This document shows, piece after piece, positions 40,493-53,450 of a stretch of DNA of 64,000 nucleotides. A program made the position numbers and the translations under genes. Numbering within the stretch: position 1 is the first letter of the stretch; each line of letters starts with the position of its first letter. Origin of the DNA: Takakia lepidozioides (Eukaryota; Plantae; Bryophyta); contig CM060731.1 in NCBI GenBank assembly GCA_030704615.1, positions 45,198,001 to 45,262,000 on the forward strand, written 5' to 3'. The notes beneath the pieces were generated by a model. That model worked only from the letters and a program-made list of their open reading frames with translations, was not told the DNA's origin and did no database searches.

Positions 40493-42697
40493 GTACACCG
40501 GCTGAGATTCTCGAGCAGCAAAAGGTAATCGTTGCGCTCTTCATGGAGTCCTGGTCATGCCTTTCGTTTCGGTAATTTATGTCCAGTGTCTTCCTTTAAA
40601 GTACGCTACTGTGCTAGGCATTTGCAGCTTGGATGAATGTGAAGCCTTTCCTGAGGGGTTTAATTACCTTCCTGCTGTTTTCTTGGCCATCGATACCGGT
40701 ACCTTCTTCTACGTCCGTATATGCTTGAGTTGTCAGCAGAGAGTCTTTTAGTCTTAATGCCTCGCTGCACTTTGAACATGAAATATTTGTCTGAGATGGT
40801 TGTTGTTTTCTTGTTTGCAGAAATTATTTCCGGGAGGGAGATATTTGAGGAGCAAATGTTAGGTATCAACTGTGGACGTTATTTGACCTCGCGCCATTCT
40901 CTGGCGAGCCCTTTTCGGCATTGGTGTGTTAGATATGGAACGTGTACAGCTGTACAACCTGTGCGGCATACATAGAGTGAGATACACAGTCTAGTCATGT
41001 GCAGAACAAGATCATAGGTTTCAAGCACTGCTACCGAAGTTTAGAACTCCCACATACGATTGGGATACTTGAAAGAAACCACCAGAAACCTTTTACTAAA
41101 CAGGATGGGCAAGGTGTTATGTATCATAGAGCGTAACGGAAACTTGTGCAATCTCAGACAGTAGCTTTGCAATAGATTGTCAACCGGGGTGTTCAAGAAA
41201 ACATGCTGCAACCGTACACACGGAATGTGTTCATACTGCTCCAGGTTGTAATCAGAAGCTCGTCTATATTTAATGGAACATCAACTTTCAAATAATAGAT
41301 GTTCAAACTCCTGAGTCCTGTAGATGCTGTGGTGCAGAAAGACATTGAGACGTGATTATTGTTATTGATGTTTTGATTTGGTGGTTGAGGTATGCCATCC
41401 CTTCAAACTGGTTGGGAGTTCGTTGTTTTTCCACTGTCTGTGTCCAGGGGTTCTTTATGTTGTGAGTTCTGCCTGAATTGCTCTCTAATTGGGAGTTTGC
41501 CAGTCTGAATCGATGGCATCAAACTTTGCAAGTTTGTAGCATTCAATTGAATTGTGATCACCATTATGATGGTGATGCAAATGGTGATCATTGCTTTCTT
41601 CACTCACCATTAGAATAATTTTATCTGTTCACCTTATGATTGGGGCTGGGTAGTGATAACTTTGGGCCTCCGCCCTGGAATAACCTCTCTATCTACCTGC
41701 CATCTTTGCTTGTTGTATCATATAAGAGACTCGTGAGAAGTGGAAGCGACAAGTTTCTGCATCGATCCTTTTGTCATGTCTTAGAAACTTGAGATGGGAA
41801 TATGACATGTAGCTGGGGGCTACAGTGTTGTGAATACTGTACAAGAAAACATGAAGTTGTACAACTAAGACATTCATTGTATTTATTGATACTGTCTACA
41901 TCTGCCAGCTAGTTCTACTATTTCACAGTGCGTCTAAAAACCATCAGCTACTTGTACATCTAGATGGTGTCATAAATCGTGCGCACTTATCTCTCAATTG
42001 ATAAACAGCATAACGAGTATTGATACGAACCATTCTTTATGGACCATGTGGGAATCTAGGGACGGAAGCATGCATAATGAATCGTGTCCATGACTTGGAG
42101 AATCTGGTTGGAAGTTTACTGTACCTAGACGCAGTACTCAGAATAATGGAAGCTATCTCCGGGTATCATGACACCCGACGTTGTGCTGTCAAATTGAAGA
42201 TACAGATTCAGATGTTTTTCATGAGAAAAATATCCATATTAACGCATCCGGTTAAGCAAAAAGGAGGAGAACACGAGGGGAAATACTAACTACAGTCTTC
42301 GAAACTGTGGCGAGACTATTCCCAGTAACCAGCGGCTTCGAGCCCCGGTTACTTGACATAACCAGCTGTAGGGAATGGCCAGCCTTTCCGGTTACTTGCG
42401 AGGTTACGAAGGGTTTAGACCAATTCAGCCATGCGGTACCTGGTTGCAGGTAGGTCTTGCATAAGTTCCAAGGTTTCAGGATTTTTCTTCATATTTTTTT
42501 AGGTTGTGGCAGCTCAGTGTCGAGGAGGAAGAGCCCAAACTCAGTTGAGTTTCTTTATGATTTTAGTCCTACAGTGTTGGCTCATTCTTTAGCGGAGTTT
42601 TTCTACGACGTTCAGAACTGTGATGGTACTCCTATGTCTGCCATGAAATTGTTCTTGATGTACAACACTTTTGATGTACTCTTGAGGATTCATGGTC

Positions 42698-42856
42698 TTT
42701 TTCTTTTTTTTCTTTTTTTTTTGGTGGTGTTTGGAAACACCAGTAAGCCATGGAGGCATGACAGGAGGCACCCCAAGCCCGAAGGCAGAGAGACAGATGA
42801 CAGGGAGCTGACCGCAGGCCAGTACTCGAGTGGCTTACCACCAGGCCACAGCCCTA
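42698..42856 (-). mobile_element. Poly(A)-tailed SINE-like insertion
   Basis: On the minus strand it starts GGGCTGTGGCCTGGTGGTAAG (A-box-like) and ends in an A-rich tail; no clear B box. Confidence 0.45.
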
Positions 42857-43561
42857 TTGTGTGTCTTTCTTCAACGTGAGAACCGATTCTCGTTTCGACA
42901 TGGTCAGGATAGCTATTATTCTTGCTCGGAGGGGATATTAGTTTTCACCGTTAAGCATTGTTGGCAGAGTGTCCAATCCTAAACCTCTTTCACAAAATCA
43001 AATTCCAACACGCAGTGTGTCTAGTGGTTTTAGTATTGTGAAAGTGGTTCACTATTGGACATTCTAGCTATCTGTGTAGTGTTTGCGAAGGATTTGTGTA
43101 GTTTTTGAGTGTTTTTCAATTTAATTAAGTCAATTTCATTGAAGTTTTGCATTCTATTTTTGGTACGATCGGAAAATTTTATTTTGCACTATTGATGATG
43201 ATAGGGACTTGGCGAACAAGATCTTCAAGACTGAAGAATGAGAAAGTAGTATCTGCATTGGAGAATGCTTTACTAGAGAGATCTAGCTTCGAGCTGTTGT
43301 CGCCATCTCAACGGACTCATGACACTCTGTTGAGTAATCCAGAGTGAAGAAGAAGCGTTGAATCAGAAAGAGGGTTAGCAGAGTGTTATGTAGTGGTTGT
43401 CCATTCAAAGCCAGTTCGTCAGAATAGTGATCATACTCCCATCTATAAAGCAATGGCTGAGGATCACGTATTGATTGATACGTCCAGCGTTGCTCACAAT
43501 CCATAGATTACTCGGTTTGAGGCTCATTCTATGGTAGAAACTGTCATTCATGCGATAGCAG

Positions 43562-46500
43562 AGACATCTATCTTCTATATACATCGATTTTTAAAATGTC
43601 TTCGGCTCCCTAGACCATGCCAGATCACTTGCTATCATGCTTGATCTTGGGTACCCCACCGATGCCGTCCAACTAATAGGAAACATCTACACAAACAGCA
43701 CTACTGAATACTTTGGCACATACTATGGCTCCACCCCGCCTATCCCCATCCTTTGTGGAACTATCCAGGGTGACACTTTAAGCCCCTACCTATTCATTAT
43801 CTTCCTAGAACCCCTACTTCGATGGCTAGCTTGAGGCAAGCTTGGCTATCACTACAAAACCTCCTCAAGTGTCATCTCAGCTGCAGCATATGCAGACGAC
43901 CTAGCCATCCTGGCACATAAACCACAACACCTCAACCGACAAGTTAATAAACTACTCAGATTCAACCTATGGTCAGGCATGGAACTCAGCTTACACAAGT
44001 GCACCATCACAGCCGCCACACATCATAGTCGGCTCACCAAAACTGCCATAGCCTCACATTGTAAACTCTATGTACACTACTAAAACACACATTTCCCCTT
44101 CCTAGGACCAGACGAGCCATACACTTACTTAGGCATACAACTCGTTCCCTCCCTTACTTGACATATCCAAAAAGAATCTACATCATCCAAACTCACTACC
44201 AAAAGTATTGTTCTGCTCAAATCCCCAATTGCCATACGACCAAAACTATCAATCAGTACTACAAACACAAATTCAATACTCGTTCCACGCCGCACCCTTC
44301 TCCTTATCAAACATCAAAAAACTTGATAAAAGTATTATCCAGCTAACAAAACGTGTATGTGGTCTACCAACTAGCACCCCCAATGCCCTCACACAACTAT
44401 CTACGGACCACTACGGCATTGGTTCGAGCTCATTAATCATCTCATATGCTCGCACATTAGGCACCCAATTAAAAAAAGCACTCAACGATCCTGGGCGTCT
44501 AGGTATCATTTATCAGGGACTTCTCAAATACCCTGCATCTAAATACAATGGCATTTACTCATTATCATCCCTGCACCTAAAAGCCTGCCTACACTCCTCC
44601 ACTGCACACACACTACTCATCCTCCGCCAAATGAAAATTAGCATACAAACTGATCTACCTGATTATCCTAACACCTCATCACCCTTAGAACGCGCATGGC
44701 TTACAAGCCCTTCTCTACCACGATTTGACATGTCTTATCCCAAACAAAAAGTCCTCATCCTCACATATTTCAAAGAACGACACATCACCACCCTAATCTT
44801 CGTACCCTCTTCTGTCATCCCTCGACCGCCTGCACTCTACAATGTGACCTCCCATGCCTCTACTATCCGCATATGGCTCAAGACCTGCTCCCCCAGTACC
44901 GTTCTACCCCTACTACTCAAACACTCAAAACGGTATATGCCACCAATACCCATACAGACATAGAATCTGATTTCCCCTCTTAAGTAACTAACACACAACA
45001 CCCTGAACCTATCCGCCACTTACATATGTCATCCAATCCCTCACCTACAATGCAAGGATCCCACACCCCCCTGACCACCGCACCATCCCCCCCATCCTCA
45101 CCACAATATGACGACAATAACAATGCTCATCATTGAAGCTATACTAGGAGTTAAAACCCAAACGTCCATTGCATCCTTTGGAGCCACCTGCATTGATACA
45201 TACTATCACTGTCAATGGGCTGAGTACTTTTCCACAGACAATACATGACAGATAGAATACGACCTCTTTGGCCTACATGACGATTGCGACCCCGAACACA
45301 ATCTTGCCCTCCTCACCACCTTTCATAAACAAACCAATACCAACTATCTAACACATATGCACCAACAACACACCACTCCCGCCCAACCTACAGATAACAA
45401 ATATATACACCAACCACTCTATGCCCCCAACGTGCACATCTGCATAACTGAATGTAATCCTGACAAAGATATCAAGCATGATCAACCATGGGCCCCCGCC
45501 TTTCCAACATTTACGCTCAACAATGCCGCTTCATTGGCCTCATCCCCAATACAAGACTAACGTGGCTCTGGAAGAAATACTCTACTACTACCTCATCCCC
45601 ACAATCGCTACAACCCCCGAAACAAGACTTTGCTACCGAATTATATTGGTTGGTTGATCGCTACCTCAAAGACACCCCCCCCCCCCAAGAAACTGCGGTC
45701 CCTCATTAAATTGGAAACGGCATGTGCGCACCATACTATACCCCAAGATATTCTCTCCTTACTTATCAACACATTCCAGCTTACTCACTCATATTACTCC
45801 AACTCACTGACATGCCCTATGGCATTGCCCACATTCTCTAGTCCGCACCACAGAGACTGTATCTTTGGAGCCACTGGTACTGCCACCCAGTACACCTGGG
45901 AAGGCCGGGGCCTTGCCCACCCTCTACCTGGTTCTCCTTCTCACGAAGCTCTTCAATGAGCAAAACTTGTTGCGCACTCCTCTCCTATTGCATCCACAAT
46001 CCTCATCCTCACACAACAAAACACTCATAATATCTCTCACCTTCTTCTACAACTCCCAGAAGGGATTAATCTACTCGTCACAATTGACCCAAACCAGCTT
46101 AAGTATATTCACACCCCTCCTCTTCCCAAATATCTCAAACGGAAGGAACCCACCCTAACCCTGATTCTACACATCCAAAACCCCCGGCATACAACCATAC
46201 CGCCATCTTTCTTTTCTCAACTCGAACAATTGATCACCATCACTCATAAAATAAAGGCCACCATCCATTATCCAACCATCCTCTCCCACACCCATACACC
46301 CACGACATTGTCCCGAATCAAAACCAATAAAGCTTGGAACATTGCGACACCACGCCCTTCCCAGGTCGCGCCATCAACACCTCTACCCCCAATCCCTGCA
46401 ATATATCAACAAAACACCATCCCCAAATATCCACTGGCCAATTCACATTACACTGACGGATCCCTCACCAAACCTAATGCAGGATATAGAATCTATCACG

Positions 46501-48030
46501 CTAGCACCAGTCAAGGCGTTGCCCTCAGGCTCCCTGGCCCTGCCACCATCCTCCGGGCTGAACTCATGGCCATCTATGACGCCCTTTCTCTACTTGACAC
46601 CTTCCCTCCCCCACACTACATCTTCACCGACAGCCTTACTTCACTATTCCTCATTCGCAACCACATCTCCCACCCCTTTGCCCATCATCATCACCCCAAC
46701 CTCATTGCCGCTATTTTCCAGAGGGCCATCTCCCTAGGCCACCCAGTCCATATACTCAAAGTCCGTTCGCATACTGGCATCCATGGTAATGAAGAAGCAG
46801 ACCTACTCGCCCAACTCGGCGCCTCCCAACCCATAGTTGAACCCTCGAACGACCTTATTCACATCGCCCACTCCCATCCCTTCTGGTTCATACACCCCGT
46901 TCCGGACCCCCCTGCACCCAGACCAGTCCGAAACCTCCTGACCACTCTGACCAGATAAGCAAATAAACAAGCGGCAACCTCCATCAGCCATACCAAAGTA
47001 CACATCCAAAAATAGACTCAATCCAATGTACTCCACCATAAACTCTCCAATCATTTCTGGCTAACCAAAGCCACCACCAACGCACAAATCCGACAAACAC
47101 TCAAATTCCGATATGCCCAATACATGGGCCACCAGTGCAAACACATCTTCTGGTCACATCTGTTCCCATCCCCATACTACCCGTTATGTGCAACTACCCA
47201 CCAAGCTCGTAACACTTGGCCACATTCTCCTCAGCCAATGCACACACCCGGTTATACATGGCTTGCATATCACGCGTCATAACCAGGCAGTCTGGCACCT
47301 CCACAAGCTCTTTCTAAAATGTACTGAAACCCGTTGGTTCTCGCTCATGAATGCAGGCACCTACCAGGGACGGCCACCCGACCACACAGTACCACCGTGG
47401 CTACTACCATGCATATGTACCCGATCACCATGCTCATGCCCCGCTCGACTTTGCCCAGACATACTCCTCGTCCAAGGACTACCTGTCAACACTTTACCCC
47501 CCCCCACCTCACCATCCCTACAACTCACCATCCATTTCATTGAATTCACATTTTGCCATGATCGTTATTCAAACGATTCAATCTTAGAAAAAATGTCAAA
47601 AATATGTCTCGCTTATCCTTGCACTCCGAAGGCGTGGCTGGAAAACCGGCCCGTTAACTGTCATCACAACCGGCACACGAGGTGACATTCATAACGCCAG
47701 TATCACGGACATACACGATAACTTCCAAATTCCCATTCTTCCCATCCACAAATGTTTCAAAGAAATCCATCTCACGGCACTCCGTTCACTAACAGTTATT
47801 ATCACCAACAAACGCCAACTGGAATCCGGCACTTCAAACGCACCTTAGGTCCCCCATGATACCCCTGGGTACCTAGGGGTACCCTTGCCCCCTCTATTCT
47901 TAGCGGTCACCTGATGTCCCCTTGGACATTTTTTTGTTATAGGGCCCACCCCCGAAAAGGGGCAGTAGTCGTAAGGTGAAGTGGCTCCTAGTTACGCCGG
48001 CCTCAACCGGAGTCTTCTTTCTTTCTCTCT
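43562..48030 (+). mobile_element. 5'-truncated, degenerate RandI/Dualen-like non-LTR retrotransposon (RT, MTase-like domain, RNase H, CCHC, RLE, structured tail)
   Basis: RT: IDF..FGSLDHAR, GTIQGDTLSP, AYADDL. RNase H: YTDGS, RAEL.AI, FTDS, KVRSHTGIHGNEEAD. Then H+LSQC...RHNQAV, RLE PDILLV...IHFIEFTFC and a (CT)-rich tail. RNase H together with RLE is characteristic of the RandI/Dualen clade. Confidence 0.8.
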
Positions 48031-51000
48031 CGCTGTTCGAAAGACGTCAAGAGAAGCGATCTGGATGGTCGACGACGGACCATGTCGCTGCTACTACGAC
48101 ACCAAATACAACGATCCATCAGACATCCGGTAATGATCCTATGCAAATTGATGCTGTCCGATTCTAGCCATTGACGCCACAAGAAAAACAAAGACGACGC
48201 TCGAATGGATTATGCCTTTATTGCGGAGAAGATGATCACATAGCAATAAACTGCCATAACAAAAGAAGATTCAAAGCTCGGGGCACAACTCAAGTGTTCG
48301 ATACGAGGAGGTCGGAAAACGAAGATGTCCAGTCACAGTAGGGACCATGGGGCTGGACACTCCAAATTCCTAGAAAAAAAAGGTTTTTTTCTACCTCCAG
48401 ACCCTGTACCTTGTTTCACAGTTCCAGTAAAGATCAGGATGCAAAATCGAGATATCTCCGTAAAAGCACTTTTGGACTCGGGCGCTTCAGCGTGTTTTAT
48501 TGATAAAGACTTCGCGAATCAACACAATTTAACACTCGTAAGAAAGAAATTCTCGGCCCCTGTTGAAGTCATTGATGGACGACCGTTAGCATCAGGAAAT
48601 ATTGACCATGAAACTCGACCCCTTGAAATGAAGCTTAAAGATCAAGCATCACAGATTGTTTTCAATGTCATCTAGTCTCCAACAAATCATGTGATCCTTG
48701 GACTTCCCTAGTTTGTACTTCATAATCCTGACATCGACTGACGATCACAAAAAATTTCGGCAAGACAAAAATACAAAAGTACCAAAGGTATTCAACCTCT
48801 GTTTCTTGGAGTTAGAGCCTTCATGATAGCTACGAAGAAAGACACGACATTTGCATTTTATGCAACTCCGATCAAAACCACAACAGACCAAGGTACTTCG
48901 ACATTACCCACTCAATATCAAGATTTCAATGATGTCTTTGAGAAGAAAAATGCAGACATGTTGCCAGAACATCGACCTTATGATTATGCAATTGAGTTGC
49001 AAGAAGGAGCTCAACCACTATTCGGCCCGATCTACAATTTATCTCAAATGGAGCTGGCTGCTTTACGCGAATACATTGATGAAAATTTGTCAAAGAATTT
49101 CATTCGACATTCGAAATCCCCCGCGGGAGCACCTATCTTATTTGTGAAGAAGAATGACGGATCATTACGCATGTGTGTGGACTATCGTGGGCTTAACAAA
49201 GTTACTATAAAAAATCGTTACCCACTACAACTTGGACGAGTAAATTTTTTCACAAAGATCGACTTGAGATGAACTTACAACCTTGTACGAATAAAAGAAA
49301 TAGACGAATGAAAGACTGTTTTTCGCACAAGGTACGGACATTTCGAATACAGTGTTATGTCTTTCGGTCTTACAAATGCTCCAGCAATTTTTCAACACAT
49401 GATGAATGACATCTTTCGAGAATTTTTAGATGATTTTGCAGTCATCTATTTGGACGATATTTTGATATTTTCACAGAATGAAGAAGAACATGGTCGTCAT
49501 GTACGCCTTGTCCTTGATAAATTGAGGGAATAATGACTATATGTCAAGTTGGAAAAATGTCTTTTCCACCAATCTGAAGTCGGGCTACATTATTTCCGAC
49601 AAATGAATCTTTATGGATCAGAAGAAAATACAAACCATCATCGAGTGGATTAAACCAACTTCGGTCCGAGATGTACAATGTTTTCTAGGATTTGCAAATT
49701 TCTATATAATCTTCATCAATGTCTACTCCAAAATTGCTGCAGCAATGACACGACTCACAGGGAAGGACAAATTTGTATGGGTCGAGAAGGCTGACCAAAC
49801 ATTTGAAAGGCTGAAGCAGGCATTTACAATGGCTCCAATATTGGTACATGCAGACCCATCTAAACCATTTTTTTTTTAAGCAGATGCATCGGACTTTGCA
49901 CTTGCTGCGGTACTCTCTCAATACGGTACAGATGGCCGACTTGACCCTGTTGGTTTTTGTTCTCGCAAATTTTTCGCTACGGAGATCAATTATGAAATCC
50001 ATGACAAAGAACTTCTAGCGATTATCGATGCTTTTGAGGAGTGGCGTCATTTATTGGAGGGAGCTCAACATGAGGTCACTCTCTATACTTATCACAAAAA
50101 CTTCGAGTATTTTATGAGTGCTCGTGTTTTGAATCGACGTCAAACAAGATAGAGTATGTCACTAGCAATGTTTGATTTTGTTATTACCTACCATCCCGGA
50201 CATCTTCAGGGAAAATCAAATGTTCTTTCTCGACGCTCATATCTTGCAGCAAAGGAAAGGAGATGCAGCTTTTGACCGACAAAAATCCATCATCTTGAAA
50301 CCAGCAAATCTCCAATTGAATATGTTATCCATATCCACCTATGACGATGCAGAAATCATAAATGAGATTCAGGAAGTACTGAAGAGCGATCATTTTGCTA
50401 CGACACTACGAAGTCAACTAAATCGACCTCGAGACAACCCACATGTTACAAACGACTTCGAATTCAAAGATGGCTTACTTTATTTCAAGTGACTTCTTTA
50501 TGTACCTCCAGGACCTACACAACTTCGAATTTTTCAAACATGTCATAATCTTCCAGCTGCAGGACATTTCGGCTTCAACAAAACAATGGAATTGATATCC
50601 AGGGACTTTTGGTGGTCGCAGATGTGGAAACTCGTGAAAGAATTTATAAAATCTTACGACACGTATGTGAGAGCGAAGAGACCGCGACATCGACCTTACG
50701 GTCTTCTTCAACCATTACCCATTCCCAAGGGTCCATGGTCGTCTGTGTCTACGGACTTTATTACAGACCTTCTAATTTTCAAGACCACCGATTCAATCCT
50801 TGTTATTGTAGATGATTTTACGAAGATGACACATTTCATTCCATGTAATAAGACGGTTACCGGCGAGGAAACTGCAAGACTCTTCCTCAATAATATTTAC
50901 CGCATTCATGGACTCCCGAAAGACATCGTATTTGATCGAGGACCACAGTTCATATCAAATTTCTGGAGGGATTATTTCACATATTAGATACTAAGATCAA

Positions 51001-52420
51001 CCTCTCTACAGCTGATCATCCACAGACTGATGGTCAAACCGAACGTGTAAACCAGATTTTGGAGTAGTATCTTCGCTGTACGATAAATTATCACCAAGAT
51101 AATTGGACGGACCTTCTGTCATTGGCTGAGTTTGCCTACAACAACACTATACATTCTTCGACCAAGCAAACTTCATTTTTCTCCAATTATGGTCATTATC
51201 CTTTAGCAAACCCTTTCCACATGAAAATTGTTAGAAGCCCTGCTGCAAAAAACCTTGCCACTCATCATGTTACGATTCAGAAGGAGCTTACATCCCACCT
51301 CGCAGAAGCTAAAAAACAATACAAGGAGTATGCAGATCAACGTCGCCAACTCCAACCCCAGTTCAAGGTCGGAGATCGTGTGTGGCTTCTTCGACGGGAC
51401 ACACAAACCTCGCGACCATCAAGGAAGTTGGATTATCAACGCCTGGGACCATTCAAAATTATTCAACAAATAAATCCGGTCAGTTTTCGGCTTGAACTCC
51501 CACGAAGTATGCGCATCCATCCAGTTTTTCATGTTTCATTATTGGAGTTGTATCATCCATCGAATATTCCAGGGAGAGTTTTCGTACCACCTCCACCAAT
51601 CGAAGTCAATCAGAAAATTGAGTATGAAGTCGACGAAGTCCTAGACTCTCGCATCAAGTATAAACGTCTTGAGTATTTCGTACATTGGAAAGGCTACGAC
51701 ATTAGCGAACGAACGTGTGAACCTTCATCCAACTTCGCCAATGCCTTTAACAAAGTCCAAGAGTTTCATAAACGATATCCAGCTAAGCCCCGAGCTACAC
51801 GTCAATGAGATGTCACAATGATGATGTCAGCCAGTTAGCTTCAAGGAGAAGACTTCACATTCAATGTACCTGATACACGCTAAGGAGGGAGGAGCACCAT
51901 ACATCAGTATATATATTTACACTTCCAGCACTCTTGCATCTTGTATTGGCAGCATGGAGTCACAGGAACTAGATACATTGGAGTTGTCGCTTACCCAACT
52001 ACCAGATCAGTCATTCCGACTCTCACGACCTTCAACATCACACCGACGCTCTCGAGACGATGGGCCATCAATGCGACCCGTACTTCCTCGTCTGGACCCC
52101 GTACGACGACAAGTGGAGCCTACTCGAAGTCTGATAATTCTGTTGGAGGTTGAGGCTTCGGACCCAGAGGGCAACGAAATCATGTTGAAGGCAGCTTCGA
52201 AAATCAGAATGCTCAAATCACTGCGTGGTCCCAAGTTCAAGGTGTTGGACACTATCGATGGTTGGAGGGATCTATAAATCATTTGAGTCAAGAACGAAAA
52301 CCCGAATACTTGGCAAATACCATTCGCCGGATTTTGGATTTTCTCCAACTCTAAGCAAGTCCAAGATTTTACCGCTCCTCGATGAACTAAGAATTAAGGG
52401 TACCCCACAGAACCTGTAAA
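48031..52420 (+). mobile_element. Degenerate Tcn1-like chromovirus (gag C-terminus, PR, RT, RH, IN, chromodomain, probable partial 3' LTR from 51811)
   Basis: [49 protein letters not shown]...HPVFHVSLL and EYEVDEVLDSR...YFVHWKGY, with many stops. TGTCAC follows the pol stop. The 3' boundary is approximate. Confidence 0.85.
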
Positions 52421-53450
52421 AGCGTTAAAGTCCCAAGCAGCCCTCTAACATTTACCCCTCCCCTGTCCAAGGCTTATCCATCAACGCCCTCCTACCTACT
52501 TCCGCTTCCCCAGAATCAACCATTCACTTCGTTGAATTCACATACTGTAACAACCGATACCCAGCCCCCTCCATTCTAGAGAAACGACAAAAATATGCCC
52601 CCCTCAACCTCACCATCCGCCAGTGTGGGTGGCGCACCGCCCCCTATCAATTATCACAACAGGTACTAGATGTCGCGGCCCTTTGCCTTGAGGGCAGGGG
52701 GTCGGGACACATGAGGAGCTGCCCCTGTGGTGGGGGCAGCGGCAGCGATAGGTATGGGGGGCTGAAGCACCCTTGAGTGTCCAAGGCACTCAATGAGGCG
52801 GAGGCGCTCACTAGGTGGAGCCCCGCACACCGGGTTGCGGTGGGGGTGGCTCCACAAGGGGTGGTGGTAGCTTAGCGGGACTTAGTGGGGGTGGCATAGG
52901 ACTCACCATGGGGGCGGAGACCTCGTGGTGGGAGTCGTGGGGAGTCTTGGGACTCATCATGGTCCATAAGGGCCGTGGTGAGTGGGCCAAGACTCACCGC
53001 GACTCATCACCGGGAGTCGAGGGTTTTCGTGGTGGTTCGCCATAAAATGGCATGGCTGGTTGTGAAACCCCCGCGGACAGCTACAGAAGTATATATAGGG
53101 AGTAGTAACCCCGAGAACGGTGCAAGCCCGTTGGTGACCAAAAACTACTGAGTAAGCGAGCGAGCCGGAAAGCGACCAAAGAGTGGGGAGCTGTTCCGGA
53201 CTGCCATCTACCAAAGGGAATTCCACTAGTCCCAAATAGGTGGAGGGTTTAGTGGGAAGCGAAGGGGGACCGTTATGTCCCGGTGAGCAGCCGAAGCTCC
53301 AAGTTGGCCCGGCGGCCAGGTTGGGAGTCAGGCGCGCGCATCAAAGCGAGTAACTATGACGTGAAGGGGAGCTTACCGAAGGGAGGTGCGCAACACTTGG
53401 TATCGGAGCTTAGAGTTCAGTACGCGATCGTCCTTGGGATAGGCCTCATC

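Noticed and set aside
47905-47970. CTGATGT...GAAA as a hammerhead ribozyme
   Set aside because: The core is CTGATGT rather than CTGANGA, the stems do not fit, and it is not conserved in the second copy.
52415-52450. GTCCCAAGC, resembling the twister ribozyme loop
   Set aside because: The flanking P4 stem and downstream GAGGG pseudoknot partner are absent.
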